A stretch of 63,745 nt of DNA, filler included, from Phoronis australis (GCA_002633005.1; 10 parts of 10 records of this genome joined end to end with filler, not necessarily neighbours in it); one strand, 5' to 3'. Counted from the whole stretch's first letter, positions 49,042-60,992 are shown. Notes: generated by a model not told the origin, from the letters alone. A program made the numbers and translations.

Positions 49042-49686
49042 CAGTACATTAGCCACAGCTGAGCAAGTGTGCATGAAATACATTTAACAACATCCCTATC
49101 ATTTCCAAAACGGTATTTTTCAAATTATTTTTTTAAAAATCAACACGGGCACATTTTCAACGTGGTTTTAATTATCCAGCTTCATTGCACATGTCGAAAA
49201 TGATCCTAAACAAAGTACCGAACAAAACTTGTCTCACAAAGAAATTTGTTGTTTTTTAGGATGGCATGCAACTTGTTTTGTGGAATCCTACCAGTCTGTT
49301 ATCCCCCTCCCTCGAGTAGTCCATCCATTTTCTATACTAAGCAAACAAATGTTTCAAAAAATATAGCTCTGATGTATTTTGTGGCTAATACCTGTCGTTA
49401 ATTTTCAAGGTTTCTGTAAAACTACCCAATGGTGCAGTTACAGAAATTCCCGTAAAAGAGAGTGCGTACGTGTGCTGCATAAACTACCACTGATAACGTC
49501 AAAATTGCATAAATTAACCGGTCTGGACTAAGTTCTGTTGATGCAAGAATCTTGCGAATGAAGCTAGTGTGATCATGTTCTTCACTTGTAATACATGTCC
49601 CATCTAGTCTTGCATTTTCAAGAGCTCCGTGTGTCTACGAAATGCACGCATGGACTGTGCTCGGATCATTTTGAAACCTGTGTCTC

Positions 49687-49840
49687 ACAGGTGGTGACAG
49701 TGAGAGGAAAGACAGATATAAACCTGCGTCTGACAGCTGGCGACACTGAGAGGAAAGATAAATATCAAACTGCATCTGACAGCAGGTGACACTGAGAGGA
49801 AAGACAGATATCAAAACACTTCAGCTGTCATCAGGTGACT
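49687..49840. repeat. ~46-bp tandem repeat, 3 copies
   Basis: GGTGACACTGAGAGGAAAGACAGATATCAAAC..TCTGACAG. Confidence 0.85.
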
Positions 49841-49978
49841 CTCTTTTTGAAAACATGGACAACTAAAAACATTTCATCATTGCATCACAAAAAACTCAGA
49901 CCGGAACCAATTTGGCTGTTTTATTTGGCCTTGTATGGAGTCCTAATCTGAATAGAACCCAAAAGGACTCAACTGCAA

Positions 49979-50206
49979 GACTAAAAACAGAAAAGGGGCA
50001 CGATTGATCAACAATTAGACACTGGTGAAAATCTCCTCAGTACACGTTGAAAGGTAAAACCCTACCTGACTAAGGCCTAGCCTGTAACTTGACTAAAAAC
50101 AGGAAAGGGGCATGATTGATCAACAATTAGACACTGGTGAAAATCTCCTCAGTACACGTTGAAAGGTAAAACCCTACCTGACTAAGGCCTAGCCTGTAAC
50201 TTGACT
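49979..50206. repeat. 112-bp tandem duplication spanning a myosin XVIII exon end and donor site
   Basis: 49979-50090 is nearly identical to 50091-50202, with GACT microhomology at the junctions. Confidence 0.9.
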
Positions 50207-50243
50207 TGTCAACATCCAGATGGCCCAGAAGAGATTGTACAGC
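50178..50243 (-). CDS. MYO18A: Myosin XVIII motor-domain (converter) exon
   Basis: tcgacag| AVQSLLGHLDVDKSSYRLGLSQ |gtaggg, 66 nt, phase 0-0. Resembles MYO18A AVEELLE.LDLEKSS..MGLSR. Confidence 0.85.
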
Positions 50244-52099
50244 CTGTCGATATAAAGTACAACACACTCAAGTGGATATCAAGGCAACCCAGACTGAGCT
50301 TGAGTGGATACCAAGGCTCTGCTTACAAAGGCTCTCAGTTATCCAAACTCTGACTGAGCTGGTGTAGTCAGAGTTGTATAACAGTATAAACTATAACATA
50401 ATATCCAATGGGAACAAGATAACATACATGATGTAATACCCTTAATGACGTTGACACATAACTGTAATCACAGAAAACAACATGACAATGAGGATAATTG
50501 ATAAATTGTAGCATTCTTAAAACCTTGCATGAAAGACTTAAAGCGGCTATAAACTGTGTAGGGGTTGCTGTCAAAGCCAATTTTCTTTTACACCTGTATT
50601 TCCTTTTCCAGTGCAATCTCGTCTGTTTCTTATCCTGTGTTTAAATTGAAACTAAGTGACATAAAATACCCAGAATTCCCCCACAGGCCCTCGCCCACCT
50701 AAAGGAAGGTGCCATATTTTTTTATAGGAAGTTTTTTGTTTGAGGGAAAATTGCCCCCTTCTTGGTCGGTACTACTCATCAGCAAGGCCTCAAGTAGTCA
50801 AAACAAACGTATAGCATTAGTAATTCTAACCATGAAAAGAATTCTTGGGTCTGATAAGGGGAATTTTGTGCGATTCTTCAATATTTTCTTTATTGGGGAA
50901 TGGTCTGATATTTGTTCCCAAAGCTGAGGCATCGTGGACCTGTCCTGTGACAGCCATACTGATTCTACGGCTGGGGCTAACCCACAGTCACAAGAAAACT
51001 TCCTGCGCATCGTGTGAGACAATAACTAACTGTTGATTCTTCTCAAGCTCAGAAATCCTTTCTAATCTGAGAAAGGAACAATAGGAGACTGATTTTATAA
51101 CCTGAATCAAAAGTTGTTTTTGCACATAAGGAGTGGGTTCATTGGTCCTTGAAAAGGAGGCCAATGTTTATTCATTAATTCTGGAAACACAACAAATGTC
51201 ACTATTACATTGGGACACATATGTGTTTCAATGCCGAGTCTTGCTTTAGACCTCCAAATTCATAAACAATCGACCTTGATAACTACCTCAGTCAAAAACA
51301 TGCACATATATAGTACCCTGGGTAAGTTCGATTGTAACAAAATTTAAAAATCCTTGTACAACTATGGTGCGTGAAAAGGAAAATTGTTGTCATCAAACGT
51401 CTAAGAATTAATTAGTCATACTTGTGCACACCAGGGATATTCAAAAACCAAAAACTATCAATTCAATTTGGTCACAAATTTTCCCATCAAACAAATCTTT
51501 AAACCTCATTAGCAATTTTTAATTAAACAAGAGTAAGCACACAATCCTCAAGTTTTACCCAGTTAAGCTTATTATGCAGGATCCTAGAAAAATGTCCAAA
51601 TAACCTTAACTTGGGAACGCCATATCTCAAAAATGGCGGATTGGATTCATATGAAACTTTCAGCTACTATGCTTCACGCACTATTAAGGATATTTAAATG
51701 TTTCACTTTTGCATAAGAGACAATCAAATAGTAGGACATTCTGAAAAATCTCAAAAGTTGCATGAAATGAAAACAAGCTGGTATTTCAGAAACCTGTAAC
51801 ATCGTTTTTGAGATTTCATCTTGAACATTTATATCAAACAAAATTGCTACCCATGTTTGAGATGAATGTAGTATACCTTTCTTTTTTGAAAAATTTTACT
51901 TAAGAGAGATGGGAGATTGGTATAAAGTTAAAAATCAAACTGTACAGGCTTATTACTCTCAAAATTATGTACTTTTACCAACTTCAAATCTACTGATTTG
52001 TTTATATTTGGCTAAGTATACAGATTTTAATTCATATTATTTTGTTATTTATTGCAGCCTGATTTCAAGAAATGAATACAACAAAATCGATGACAGTAC

Positions 52100-52200
52100 C
52101 TGTTTTTCATCCACCACCGGTCCCTGGGGACGAACGTTTGCGGGGGCCAGCAGCTCAAACCGTCGTCGGAACTCATTAAATAGCATATGGCTTGGGTAAC
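52100..52200 (-). CDS. MYO18A: Myosin XVIII motor-domain exon
   Basis: cattccag| (G)YPSHMLFNEFRRRFELLAPANVRPQGPVVDEKQ |gtactg. Resembles MYO18 GYPDHMVFSEFRRRF.VLAP...VVDE. Confidence 0.88.
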
Positions 52201-52405
52201 CTGGAATGAAGCCAGGGAGAGGTAAACAAAGGGAGTATTTTCATAACGCAATGATATTTTTTATAGTGACATCCACAGTAAGATGTAATGAAATTCTTAC
52301 ACGGTAGTTTAAGATTTTGAAGCAAGTGCATTGGATTGAGTGTCTCAAACTATTGTAGACAACTGTCTGAATTCAAGGCAAGCTCATGTGCATTGGAAAT
52401 TACTG

Positions 52406-52518
52406 ATCAGGCAATGACATATATCTTAGAGCAACACACTTATCAGGCAATGACATATACCTTATAGCAACACACTTATCAGGCAATGACATATATCTTA
52501 TAGCAACACACTTATCAG
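52406..52518. repeat. 36-bp minisatellite, at least 3 copies (runs into the scaffold end)
   Basis: ATCAGGCAATGACATATATCTTATAGCAACACACTT. Confidence 0.9.
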
Positions 52519-52618
52519 NNNNNNNNNNNNNNNNNNNNNNNNNNNNNNNNNNNNNNNNNNNNTTAATTAATTAANNNNNNNNNNNNNNNNNNNNNNNNNN
52601 NNNNNNNNNNNNNNNNNN
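52519..52618. other. Artificial scaffold-joining spacer
   Basis: 44N-TTAATTAATTAA-44N. Confidence 0.95.
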
Positions 52619-53276
52619 TACCTGCCCTGCCCCCCCCCAACTCAAAATCCTGGATCCGCCCCTAACTTAGTTGTATATCTTATACATAATTACACATTTT
52701 ATATCTTCTCAACCCTTCACATCACACTATCATTCATTAAGTATATGTTGAGCACAATGAAAATATTAATTACTCATGGCCATTAGTGGTGATTACTAAC
52801 AAACACACTCTGATAAAAGTTGAACTATTGGTCAATTATTAATTACCTTACTTGCTAACAATAACTAGCAACTTTGACCATTAAATACAGTCTTAAGTAT
52901 TTTCTAGCAAGACATTTGTGCAGCAGTAAATGTCAATATCAATCCTTTTCCAGTTATAATAAGTACCCTACATTAAAATACACAAAAACATCAAAATATG
53001 AATTAAAAAAATTGATAACAAATTATGAATCATAATGTTATTTTCATTTAACACCAACATAACTATAAAAAATGAACAATTCATGCCACAAACGTTAGGC
53101 AGATCAAATGAGGAAATGCTTGAACACTCCTCCCCTGTAAGACAACACCTAAATTGTCGCACAATGAGGTAAACGATAAATGCATATATTTGAATAGATC
53201 ACTGAACAAGTATTGTAATATAATCAGCTGATCAATAGTAACAAAGCGAGTGCTGTCATCCACAGCTATGTCATTA

Positions 53277-53501
53277 TTAGAAGTATGTGTCTTCCGTTTC
53301 TTCTGCAACCTTTGTGTCTTTTCCGTTGCGCACGTTCAATGGCAGGTCATGTTCGAGCGTGCCATAAGTCAGGTTGGACGCATACTGGGATTGGTTCGAC
53401 TTGGACTGGTGTTCAGCCTTGGGTGTGCTCTCACATGAAGATGGTGCGCTATTGCCACCCATTGTGCCATCTGACTGGTGATTGGCGAAGTTGACAAACA
53501 C
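53277..53501 (-). CDS. ABCA-subfamily transporter, terminal exon
   Basis: cactgcag| VFVNFANHQSDG...VAEETEDTYF*. VFVNFA is the conserved ABCA C-terminal motif. Confidence 0.92.
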   Translation of the reverse strand: MFVNFANHQSDGTMGGNSAPSSCESTPKAEHQSKSNQSQYASNLTYGTLEHDLPLNVRNGKDTKVAEETEDTYF

Positions 53502-54097
53502 CTGCAGTGAAATGATACTCCTAACTCAGCATGTACTGGAAACTGGTGAGACATTCGCACAATGATGTCACTGCACTCAATGACGATTTTTTTCCTAACA
53601 GCTGCAATCTCAAGCAGTGCACACCAAAGTGTCCCACTCTCCATACACATGTACATTAATTGCACAGAAAACATCCTGGGATGCAAGGAACTATGAGAGA
53701 ATAAGGGGACTTACAGTTCAACAGCCGAGATGAAGTCAAATTATTTTAATATTATGCAAAAATCACTAAGATGAAAGCATATAATCGTCTGTGCAATGAT
53801 ATCGTTAAAGCAAAGATTATTAGTCTTCATACACGGCATCTGTTGTTCACGTCACGAGACCATAATTTTATAACAGAAAGTCCCAGGTTTGAACACTAGG
53901 CGGGGCAGAGATTTCTTTCAGACTTATGTGACATATAATAAATTTTGCTTAAGAAAATGAAAGCAGTTTCGGCACTTTTCATACCCTAAACCTTTATGTC
54001 AATTGGCGTCGCATGCTTGAGTTCCAACAAGACTGTTAAATGAATATGTATCACACTGATTTTCACATGACCCACTATCATACAAAGCAGTTCATAC

Positions 54098-54235
54098 CTG
54101 GTCCAATGTTGTCTGGGCAACAGAATAGTCAAGGATTTGCAAGGGTTTCTTGTGGCTCTCCAGGTGCCCAAAGATGGCTGACAGACTAGTCGTGCCGTAG
54201 GATGTGTGGAACTCCATGATATTATATTGCTGTTC
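54098..54235 (-). CDS. ABCA transporter exon (regulatory domain 2)
   Basis: gtttcag| EQQYNIMEFHTSYGTTSLSAIFGHLESHKKPLQILDYSVAQTTLDQ |gtatga, 138 nt. Confidence 0.93.
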
Positions 54236-54615
54236 CTGAAACGGACAAGATCAAATGATGACAAAAATGCCTACAGACAATCTCAACTATTGGAGAGTTC
54301 AGATAAGAGGATTCTTCAATACTGTACCAAAATATCTTGTATTCAAAACTAGTGTACAGCGAAATTCATCGTTTTAGGAGAAATATAATTGGCAATGCAA
54401 ACATATCATGAAAGAACAATAAAGCCAGTGAACCACAAGACAAACACCACCAGTCAACTAAAATTTCTTATACGCATTATTTGACAACAGTTTCTAACAC
54501 AAGCACTTCAAGACCTCCCACCCACAGTAAGGCAACTCCTCAACTCTTCATAAACAGGGCATTTCAATTAGCATTGCAGAGTGTGTCTACTAACAGCTAA
54601 AGGTGTATGGCATAC

Positions 54616-54715
54616 CTTGATAAGCGCCCCTGGGAAGGTGTTCAGTACAAAGGTTTTAACATCGTCCATAGCATGAGCTGCAGCCCTGACTTGCACTGTG
54701 TATCCCTCGCCGTAT
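54616..54715 (-). CDS. ABCA transporter exon (one of two near-identical copies)
   Basis: ccatag| (K)YGEGYTVQVRAAAHAMDDVKTFVLNTFPGALIK |gtatgc, 100 nt, phase 2-0. Confidence 0.85.
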
Positions 54716-55297
54716 CTATGGTGAGAAACATTGGAGTCAGGAACAAACAGAGACCAATTTTAAAGCAAAAAGTAGTCTAAATAAACATTTACATCTTTGA
54801 CGGGACGCAGTATCATAGCAACTTTAGAGATTGAGTTTGGCAGACTGGAGTGACATCTCTACAGAGTAAAAAAGCCGAGTCATCCTCAGTCATACCGATC
54901 CGAAAGTAACCTTTCCAACCCAGATAGCAGTAGAGATGCCTGCGTGGACTAGCGGACACATTAGCAGATGGTTTTTGTCAGCACCAATACTAGTAGGATG
55001 AAGAAAANGTACCAAAATATCTTGTATTCAAAACTAGTGTACAGCGAAATTCATCGTTTTAGGAGAAATATAATTGGCAATGCAAACATATCATGAAAGA
55101 ACAATAAAGCCAGTGAACCACAAGACAAACACCAGTCAACTAAAATTTCTTATACGCAACATTTGACAACAGTTTCTAACACAAGCACTTCAAGACCTCC
55201 CACCCACAGTAAGGCAACTCCTCAACTCTTCATAAACAGGGCATTTCAATTAGCATTGCAGAGTGTGTCTACTAACAGCTAAAAGCGTATGGTATAC

Positions 55298-55397
55298 CTT
55301 GATAAGCGCCCCTGGGAAGGTGTTCAGTACAAAAGTTTTAACATCGTCCATAGCATGAGCTGCAGCCCTGACTTGCACTGTGTATCCCTCGCCGTAT
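55298..55397 (-). CDS. ABCA transporter exon (second copy)
   Basis: Same peptide as 54616-54715, with one synonymous ACC/ACT difference and donor gtatac. Confidence 0.85.
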
Positions 55398-55795
55398 CTA
55401 TGGTGAGAAACATTTGAGTCAGGAACAAACAGAGACCAATTTTAAAGCAAAAAGTAGTCTAAATAAAAATTTACATCTTTGACGGGACACAGTTTCATAG
55501 CAACTTTAGTGATTGAGTTTGGCAGACTGGAGTGACATCTCTACAGAGTAAAAAAGCCGAGTCATCCTCAGTCATACTGTTCCGAAAGTAACCTTTCCAA
55601 CCCAGATAGCAGTAGAGATGCCTGCGTGGACTAGAGAACACATTAGCAGATGGTTTTTGTCAATACCAATACTAGTAGGATGAAGAAAAGCTGGCTAATG
55701 GTTACGAATCTTTACTGTCAGACATATTCTCGAGAACCAACACAAATAATAAAGAAGTGCAGTGTGCATAATTTTATCCATATGAGTAGACTCAC

Positions 55796-55992
55796 TTGCT
55801 CTTGATGTGCTGGGGGTTACCCAGACACTTGAACTGTCCGTTCACCATAATAGCCAGCCGTGTACAGAGGGCGTCACACTCAGACATGCTGTGTGATGTC
55901 AGGATCACTGAACGACCATCCTTGATGACGTTCTGCACGTGTTTCCATAGTAACCGACGCGACACAGGGTCCATACCACTGGTAGGTTCATC
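55796..55992 (-). CDS. ABCA transporter NBD2 exon (Walker B/D-loop/H-loop)
   Basis: tgtgcag| [65 protein letters not shown] |gtgagt, 197 nt. Confidence 0.97.
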
Positions 55993-56172
55993 CTGCACAA
56001 TGAAAACAAGACTCGGCATACAATTACTGTATAAAGTCATTACAGGCGATATTCACATGCCTTGTCTTGAGACCAGTCACTACAACAAAACAGCATATTT
56101 GCAATGAACAAAATAATGGGAGTGGAATATAAGACTGTGCTAGTCACAATCTGCTCATGTAAGCTTACGTAC

Positions 56173-56307
56173 CATGAACACGATGAGTGGGTCTCCGATC
56201 AACGCCATGGCTGCCGACAACTTTCTCTTCATGCCACCACTGTAGTTTTTGGTCATTTTGTTGGCACAATGACTCAGCTCCATCATGGATAAAGCATTGG
56301 AAACAAT
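56173..56307 (-). CDS. ABCA transporter NBD2 exon (signature motif)
   Basis: ttgtcag| IVSNALSMMELSHCANKMTKNYSGGMKRKLSAAMALIGDPLIVFM |gtacgt, 135 nt. Confidence 0.96.
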
Positions 56308-56404
56308 CTGACAAACATAATGAGAAAATACATACAATAATCATGTAAAAGCTTAGTTCAACAGCAAAATACAAGATGGTCACAACTGGGTGCTTGCAGC
56401 TGCT

Positions 56405-56745
56405 CACCATGAGAAGCAGGGATATTGATGTAACAGACGACAACTAGTCTACGATCATTCTGACCATGAGAAGCAGGGATATTGAAGTCACAGACGACAA
56501 GTAGTCTACGATCATTCTGACCATGAGAAGCAGGGATATTGAAGTCACAGGCGACAAGAAGTCTACGATAATTTTGACCATGAGAAGCAGGCGTGTCAAA
56601 GAAATCAGAGAAGATAAGTAGTCTACGGTCATTGTGACCATGAGAAGCAAAGGTGTTGAAGAAATCAGAGAAGAAAAAAAAACAACCGTCACTGTGACTG
56701 TGAGAAGCAGGGGTGTTGAAGAAGTCAGAGAAGACAAGTAGTCTG
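56405..56745. repeat. ~57-60-bp intronic minisatellite, about 6 copies
   Basis: GACCATGAGAAGCAGGGATATTGAAGTCACAGACGACAAGTAGTCTACGATCATTCT and variants. Confidence 0.9.
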
Positions 56746-57012
56746 ACTTTAATGTGCAGTCATGCAGAAGTTTTAAATTAAGTGAAGATAAGTATTGGAG
56801 TTGCTGAACAAACCAGAACAGAGCTGATTGTGAACCAGGTCTCAGCAGCGGCACAAGACTCACAAGTCAGATTTCAAGGTCAACTTCGGAGAATTTATAA
56901 CACTTAAGTCTGGAACTGATGATAGAAAATGTCATTCTTGACATTTAGTACTAGTTTACCACGATAATCAACAATCCTTTCTCCAGCCAACACTATCAGA
57001 CCATACACCTAC

Positions 57013-57154
57013 CACGTCTACGTCCTTCCCAGTGATGCCCTTCATCTTGGCGTAGATTGTCAACACTTCTTTGCCAGTCAGAAAATCGTCCAATGCATCT
57101 ACTTGAGGGCAGTAGCCGACCACTGAACCCATATTGAACGGAGCTGACAAGATA
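57013..57154 (-). CDS. ABCA transporter NBD2 exon (Q-loop)
   Basis: ctttcag| (S)ILSAPFNMGSVVGYCPQVDALDDFLTGKEVLTIYAKMKGITGKDVDV |gtaggt, 142 nt. Confidence 0.95.
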
Positions 57155-57720
57155 CTGAAAGAAAAACATAATTTGTTACCTATCACTAAGTACGTGATTG
57201 AAGTGAAAAGAGGCAGATACCATGATCACAACTTGTCTGAATGTACAGAATTTTATAAACCACGCCAAACTATGTTGTTGAGACTCACCAGCAGTTGGTT
57301 GTTTTATCGCTTGCATTGCACTTCATATACTTTTCATCTTGCACACAACGTAAAAATTTATTTAACGCTCGTTAGACCACTGTGGAAATTAATGTTATGC
57401 TTAAATTCAAAGTAGCTACAGGAAATATTAATGTTATACTTAAATTCAAAGTAGCTACAGGAAATATTAACTATTAACAAAGCTAATTTGTTTTTGTGAA
57501 TGTCTGGAGTATGTTTTAGAGGGTTTTTAGCTACAGTGCATCAGCAGCACTCCTGATCTTACAAATTACACTATTGACTGTTAGGAGTTCAGTGACTGCA
57601 TCTGATTTAGCTTCATTTAAGTTACTGACTCGACCATATCAATCTGTGTGACTTAAGTGAAACAATAAGCAAACATTTTGATGAGACAAAGCTGCATACT
57701 TCTTGCCCATTAGCTGAGCG

Positions 57721-57820
57721 NNNNNNNNNNNNNNNNNNNNNNNNNNNNNNNNNNNNNNNNNNNNTTAATTAATTAANNNNNNNNNNNNNNNNNNNNNNNN
57801 NNNNNNNNNNNNNNNNNNNN
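57721..57820. other. Artificial scaffold-joining spacer
   Basis: 44N-TTAATTAATTAA-44N. Confidence 0.95.
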
Positions 57821-57944
57821 TTATTAGTCCTCCCGATTTTTGTCGCAGAAAGGTTCACATTGACTATTTCAAAGGCTGGTTATCGGGCATGATTTGGGCC
57901 GTGAAAGTTTCCGGGTTTTTTGTCATTGGTCATTCCAAGCACTG
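57821..57944 (+). mobile_element. Right end of a second copy of the 58721-59234 MITE family
   Basis: Matches ~59105-59234 and ends CATTCCAAGCACTG. Confidence 0.8.
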
Positions 57945-58278
57945 AGTAGTGTTTAAAGTAGTAATATTTTAGTAAATATTCAGACTGGTGTTCAACGTAG
58001 TAATAGTATCTAGACTGGTGTTCAAAGTAGCAATAGTCCACTATGTATCTAGATTGGTAAAGTCATTAATATTATGGACTTCCTTCTGTGTCTCAATAAT
58101 GTACAATACAACTGCTATGCTTAGCTTGGAATACTTGAAATATAGTAATACGCATTACGTACAATAAAGCGTGTATGTTGTGAAGTTGAAATGTTTCAAC
58201 TCATCATTACTTTACTACAATACAAGCAGTTTGTTCTGTTTGAAATACGCTACTTTACCCTTTCTTGCTTCACTGCAG

Positions 58279-58400
58279 ATCCTCAAGTTCTCAACAACCA
58301 GCTCAAGTTCCTTGTTAGCTTGATTGACACCTGTCCTGAACCAAGCCCTCCCCCTATTGGTCATGGAGATCTTCACATTCCAGTCATTGCTAGTGACAAG
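58279..58400 (+). CDS. Candidate internal exon of an unidentified gene
   Basis: ttcttgcttcactgcag| (D)PQVLNNQLKFLVSLIDTCPEPSPPPIGHGDLHIPVIASDK |gttagc, 122 nt. Confidence 0.65.
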
Positions 58401-58720
58401 GTTAGCAAATGTTCTTTGTGCAAATTGTTAACTATTTTGTATCATTGCTGACAAGCTGCTTAATTTGTGCTTGTAATATTTTCTGCACCATGAATATCAG
58501 ATATTCACATGGGTCACTTGGCACAGAACACCAACATCACCAGACTATGGTACAATATACTGCCATTGGAGTTATTAAATGGCTAAATCTCTTACTGAAA
58601 AGCATTTAGAGTCATTTCCACTATCTATCACCGACTAGGTTTCCTGCGTCAGGTTGACCTGGTTCGCAAATGGGTTATACTGTGTTGGGAGCTGTAACCC
58701 TTGATCCCTGTTCAATTTGG

Positions 58721-59234
58721 CAGGGCTTGGAATTTTCCGCGGAAACGCGGATTTCCGCTTTTTTCAAATGTGCTTTCCGCTTTTTTTATAATATTTCCGC
58801 ATAAAAAAATCGGATTTGATATAAAATTTCCGCGGCAAATTCCTTTCTTACCGCGGCGTTGCAGACGACGTTCACCTCGAAAAGCGGAAGTTGCTCTTTA
58901 TGTTTCGGAGGAACGTAAATTGTCAACATTGCCGGGCANATCTGGGACAGTGTGGTGGGATTTTCAATGGCGTCTCGTGTTATTGTTAAGCGCGGCGACA
59001 AATACTACCGCTCTGCAGCCAAAAATGTGTGGGTTGGGAGTGGACGGGCGAGCTAAAAGGACGCAGACGCATGCTACTTATGGAGGTAACGTTTTATTTT
59101 TTTTTTATAGTCCTCCCGATTTTTCTCGGGGGAAGGTTCACATTGACCATTTCAAGGCTGGTTATCGGGCATGATTTGGGCCGTAAAAGTTTCAAAGTTT
59201 CCGCGTTTTTTGTCATTGGTCATTCCAAGCCCTG
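58721..59234. mobile_element. hAT-like MITE with a 6-bp target duplication
   Basis: ATTTGG|CAGGGCTTGGAAT ... ATTCCAAGCCCTG|ATTTGG, with subterminal TTCCGC repeats. Confidence 0.85.
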
Positions 59235-59558
59235 ATTTGGGGCATCTGGTTTTAATGTAGACAGCCTGCGTGACTTTCCTTGAGTACTAGTTTTCCTCTC
59301 TAGCAAGGATTCTGACATTTCATGTGTCGATGGTGTGTCCTGTGTTGAGAGTGTGTTGCCTTTGTAGAGTGATATTTTTTAATTCAACTATCAAATATAT
59401 TCAGCAAATAAGTTTTCACGTTTTATTCACGTTTTATTCAACTGTACCCAGTTGTACAGTAATTATAAACTGGTAAAGGTAAATAAATTGAGATTTCTTC
59501 AGTGAACAAGTATTTGGTCTTGTTAACAAGATATATCAAAGTTTGTTATTCAACTTGT

Positions 59559-60085
59559 ACAGGGTGGCTGTCAAGTGTTACCAGACAGTCTACCAGTATA
59601 TGGTGACAAGCTATTGTATAAGTTCTTGTTAGTTAACATATTGACACACTGTATTACAGGGTGGTCCTGAAGTGTTTCCAGACAGTCTACCAGTATATGG
59701 TGACAAGCTATTGTATAAATTCTTGTTAGTCAACATATTGACACACTGTATTACAGGGTGGTCCTGAAGTGTTTCCAGACAGTCTACCAGTATATGGTGA
59801 CAAGCTATTGTATAAATTCTTGTTAGTTTACATATTGACACACTGTATTACAGGGTGGTCCTGAAGTGTTTCCAGACAGTCTACCAGTATATGGTGACAA
59901 GCTATTGTATAAATTCTTGTTATTCAACATATTGACACACTGTATTACAGGGTGGTCCTGAAGTGTTTCCAGACAGTCTACCAGTATATGGTGACAAGCT
60001 ATTGTATAAATATTGACACACTGTATTACAGGGTGGTCCTGAAGTGTTTCCAGACGGTCCAGCAGTATATGGTGACACCTTATTG
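59559..60085. repeat. 97-bp minisatellite, about 5.5 highly similar units
   Basis: ACAGGGTGGTCCTGAAGTGTTTCCAGACAGTCTACCAGTATATGGTGACAAGCTATTG... at 59656, 59753, 59850 and 59947. Confidence 0.95.
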
Positions 60086-60355
60086 TATCAGAAGCATTTC
60101 AACAACACATACACACAGTATCCAAGGTTGGAACCTATTGCTATTGATTAAGAAATTGGTTAAATTTTGTTCCCTTTTTCAAAGTTGTTTAATTTCTGTC
60201 ACACTTGCCATGAGGCTGTTGCTCTGTAATGACGTTCTGGCTAACAACTTGACAAGAAAGGAACCAATGACAATGACTTGTCTTGACTTCAAACATATAG
60301 CATGTGCCTATATTTGGTAAAAAACCTCAGTGAGAGAACCATATAAATTAATGAT

Positions 60356-60640
60356 GCATTTCACTCTATGTAGTTGACAAAATACAAAAATCGAATTTAG
60401 GCGTTTTACTCTCATAAAATTGGTCTCATAGTAGTGTACATGTGCCATATTTTGAATACACAACTTAAGGGTTTGCCAATCCTAATAAATTCTGAACCAT
60501 TTTTTACACAGTGTTGTTTGTCGTGTTTTTCACTGTAACGGAAATGGAATTTTGTAAGGAATGTTATGAGACCGATTTTATGAGAGTAAATGGCCTAATT
60601 TCATTTTTGTTTTGTAGCAGTTTAAACAGGGTGAAATGTG
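60356..60640. repeat. Imperfect inverted repeat (foldback/MITE remnant)
   Basis: TTAGGCGTTTTACTCTCATAAAATTGGTCTCATA pairs with TATGAGACCGATTTTATGAGAGTAAATGGCCTAA. Confidence 0.7.
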
Positions 60641-60992
60641 ATAAGTGCATAAAGATAACAATGTTATGAGTTTCCAACAACAGAAAACTTTTATTTTTCT
60701 ACATTGTAATTGACTACTGTAGCTCCCTCTGGTGGCAATATGCAAAAGATGAGCACCTCTTGTTGATTAGATGATGACAATACTCCATGATGAAACTTAA
60801 TCATGGTTTAATGTTTTCACGATTGATATGTTTTGTGTTTCATTGACTTCTGAACATATTGTCTCAACTTATTTTTGCAGTCATATCTTCTGTGGGAAGG
60901 GAATTAGTGTTGCAGATGACTGCCTGTCAAAAGAAGAATTCATTAACCCAAAGGTATTTTAAAGATGGACTAGCTATGTGCCGAGTATCTCT

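Larger units (their letters stand above)
54324..55689. repeat. ~680-bp tandem near-identical duplication around a single N (probable allelic overlap)
   Basis: 54324-55007 matches 55009-55689; N at 55008. Confidence 0.9.

Noticed and set aside
50798-51022. AVESVWLSQ ORF as the next myosin XVIII exon
   Set aside because: The matching exon is 50178-50243; this ORF shows no myosin similarity.
56444-56863. 139-aa repetitive hydrophobic ORF
   Set aside because: It is a translation of an intronic minisatellite within the ABCA gene.
26038-57154. Gene cluster of RHIM-DD, DARS1, NPHP4, MYO18 and ABCA
   Set aside because: Each gene lies on a different concatenated scaffold.
59629-60320. Repetitive ORFs; repeat array resembling CRISPR
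   Set aside because: It is a 97-bp tandem minisatellite with no unique spacers.
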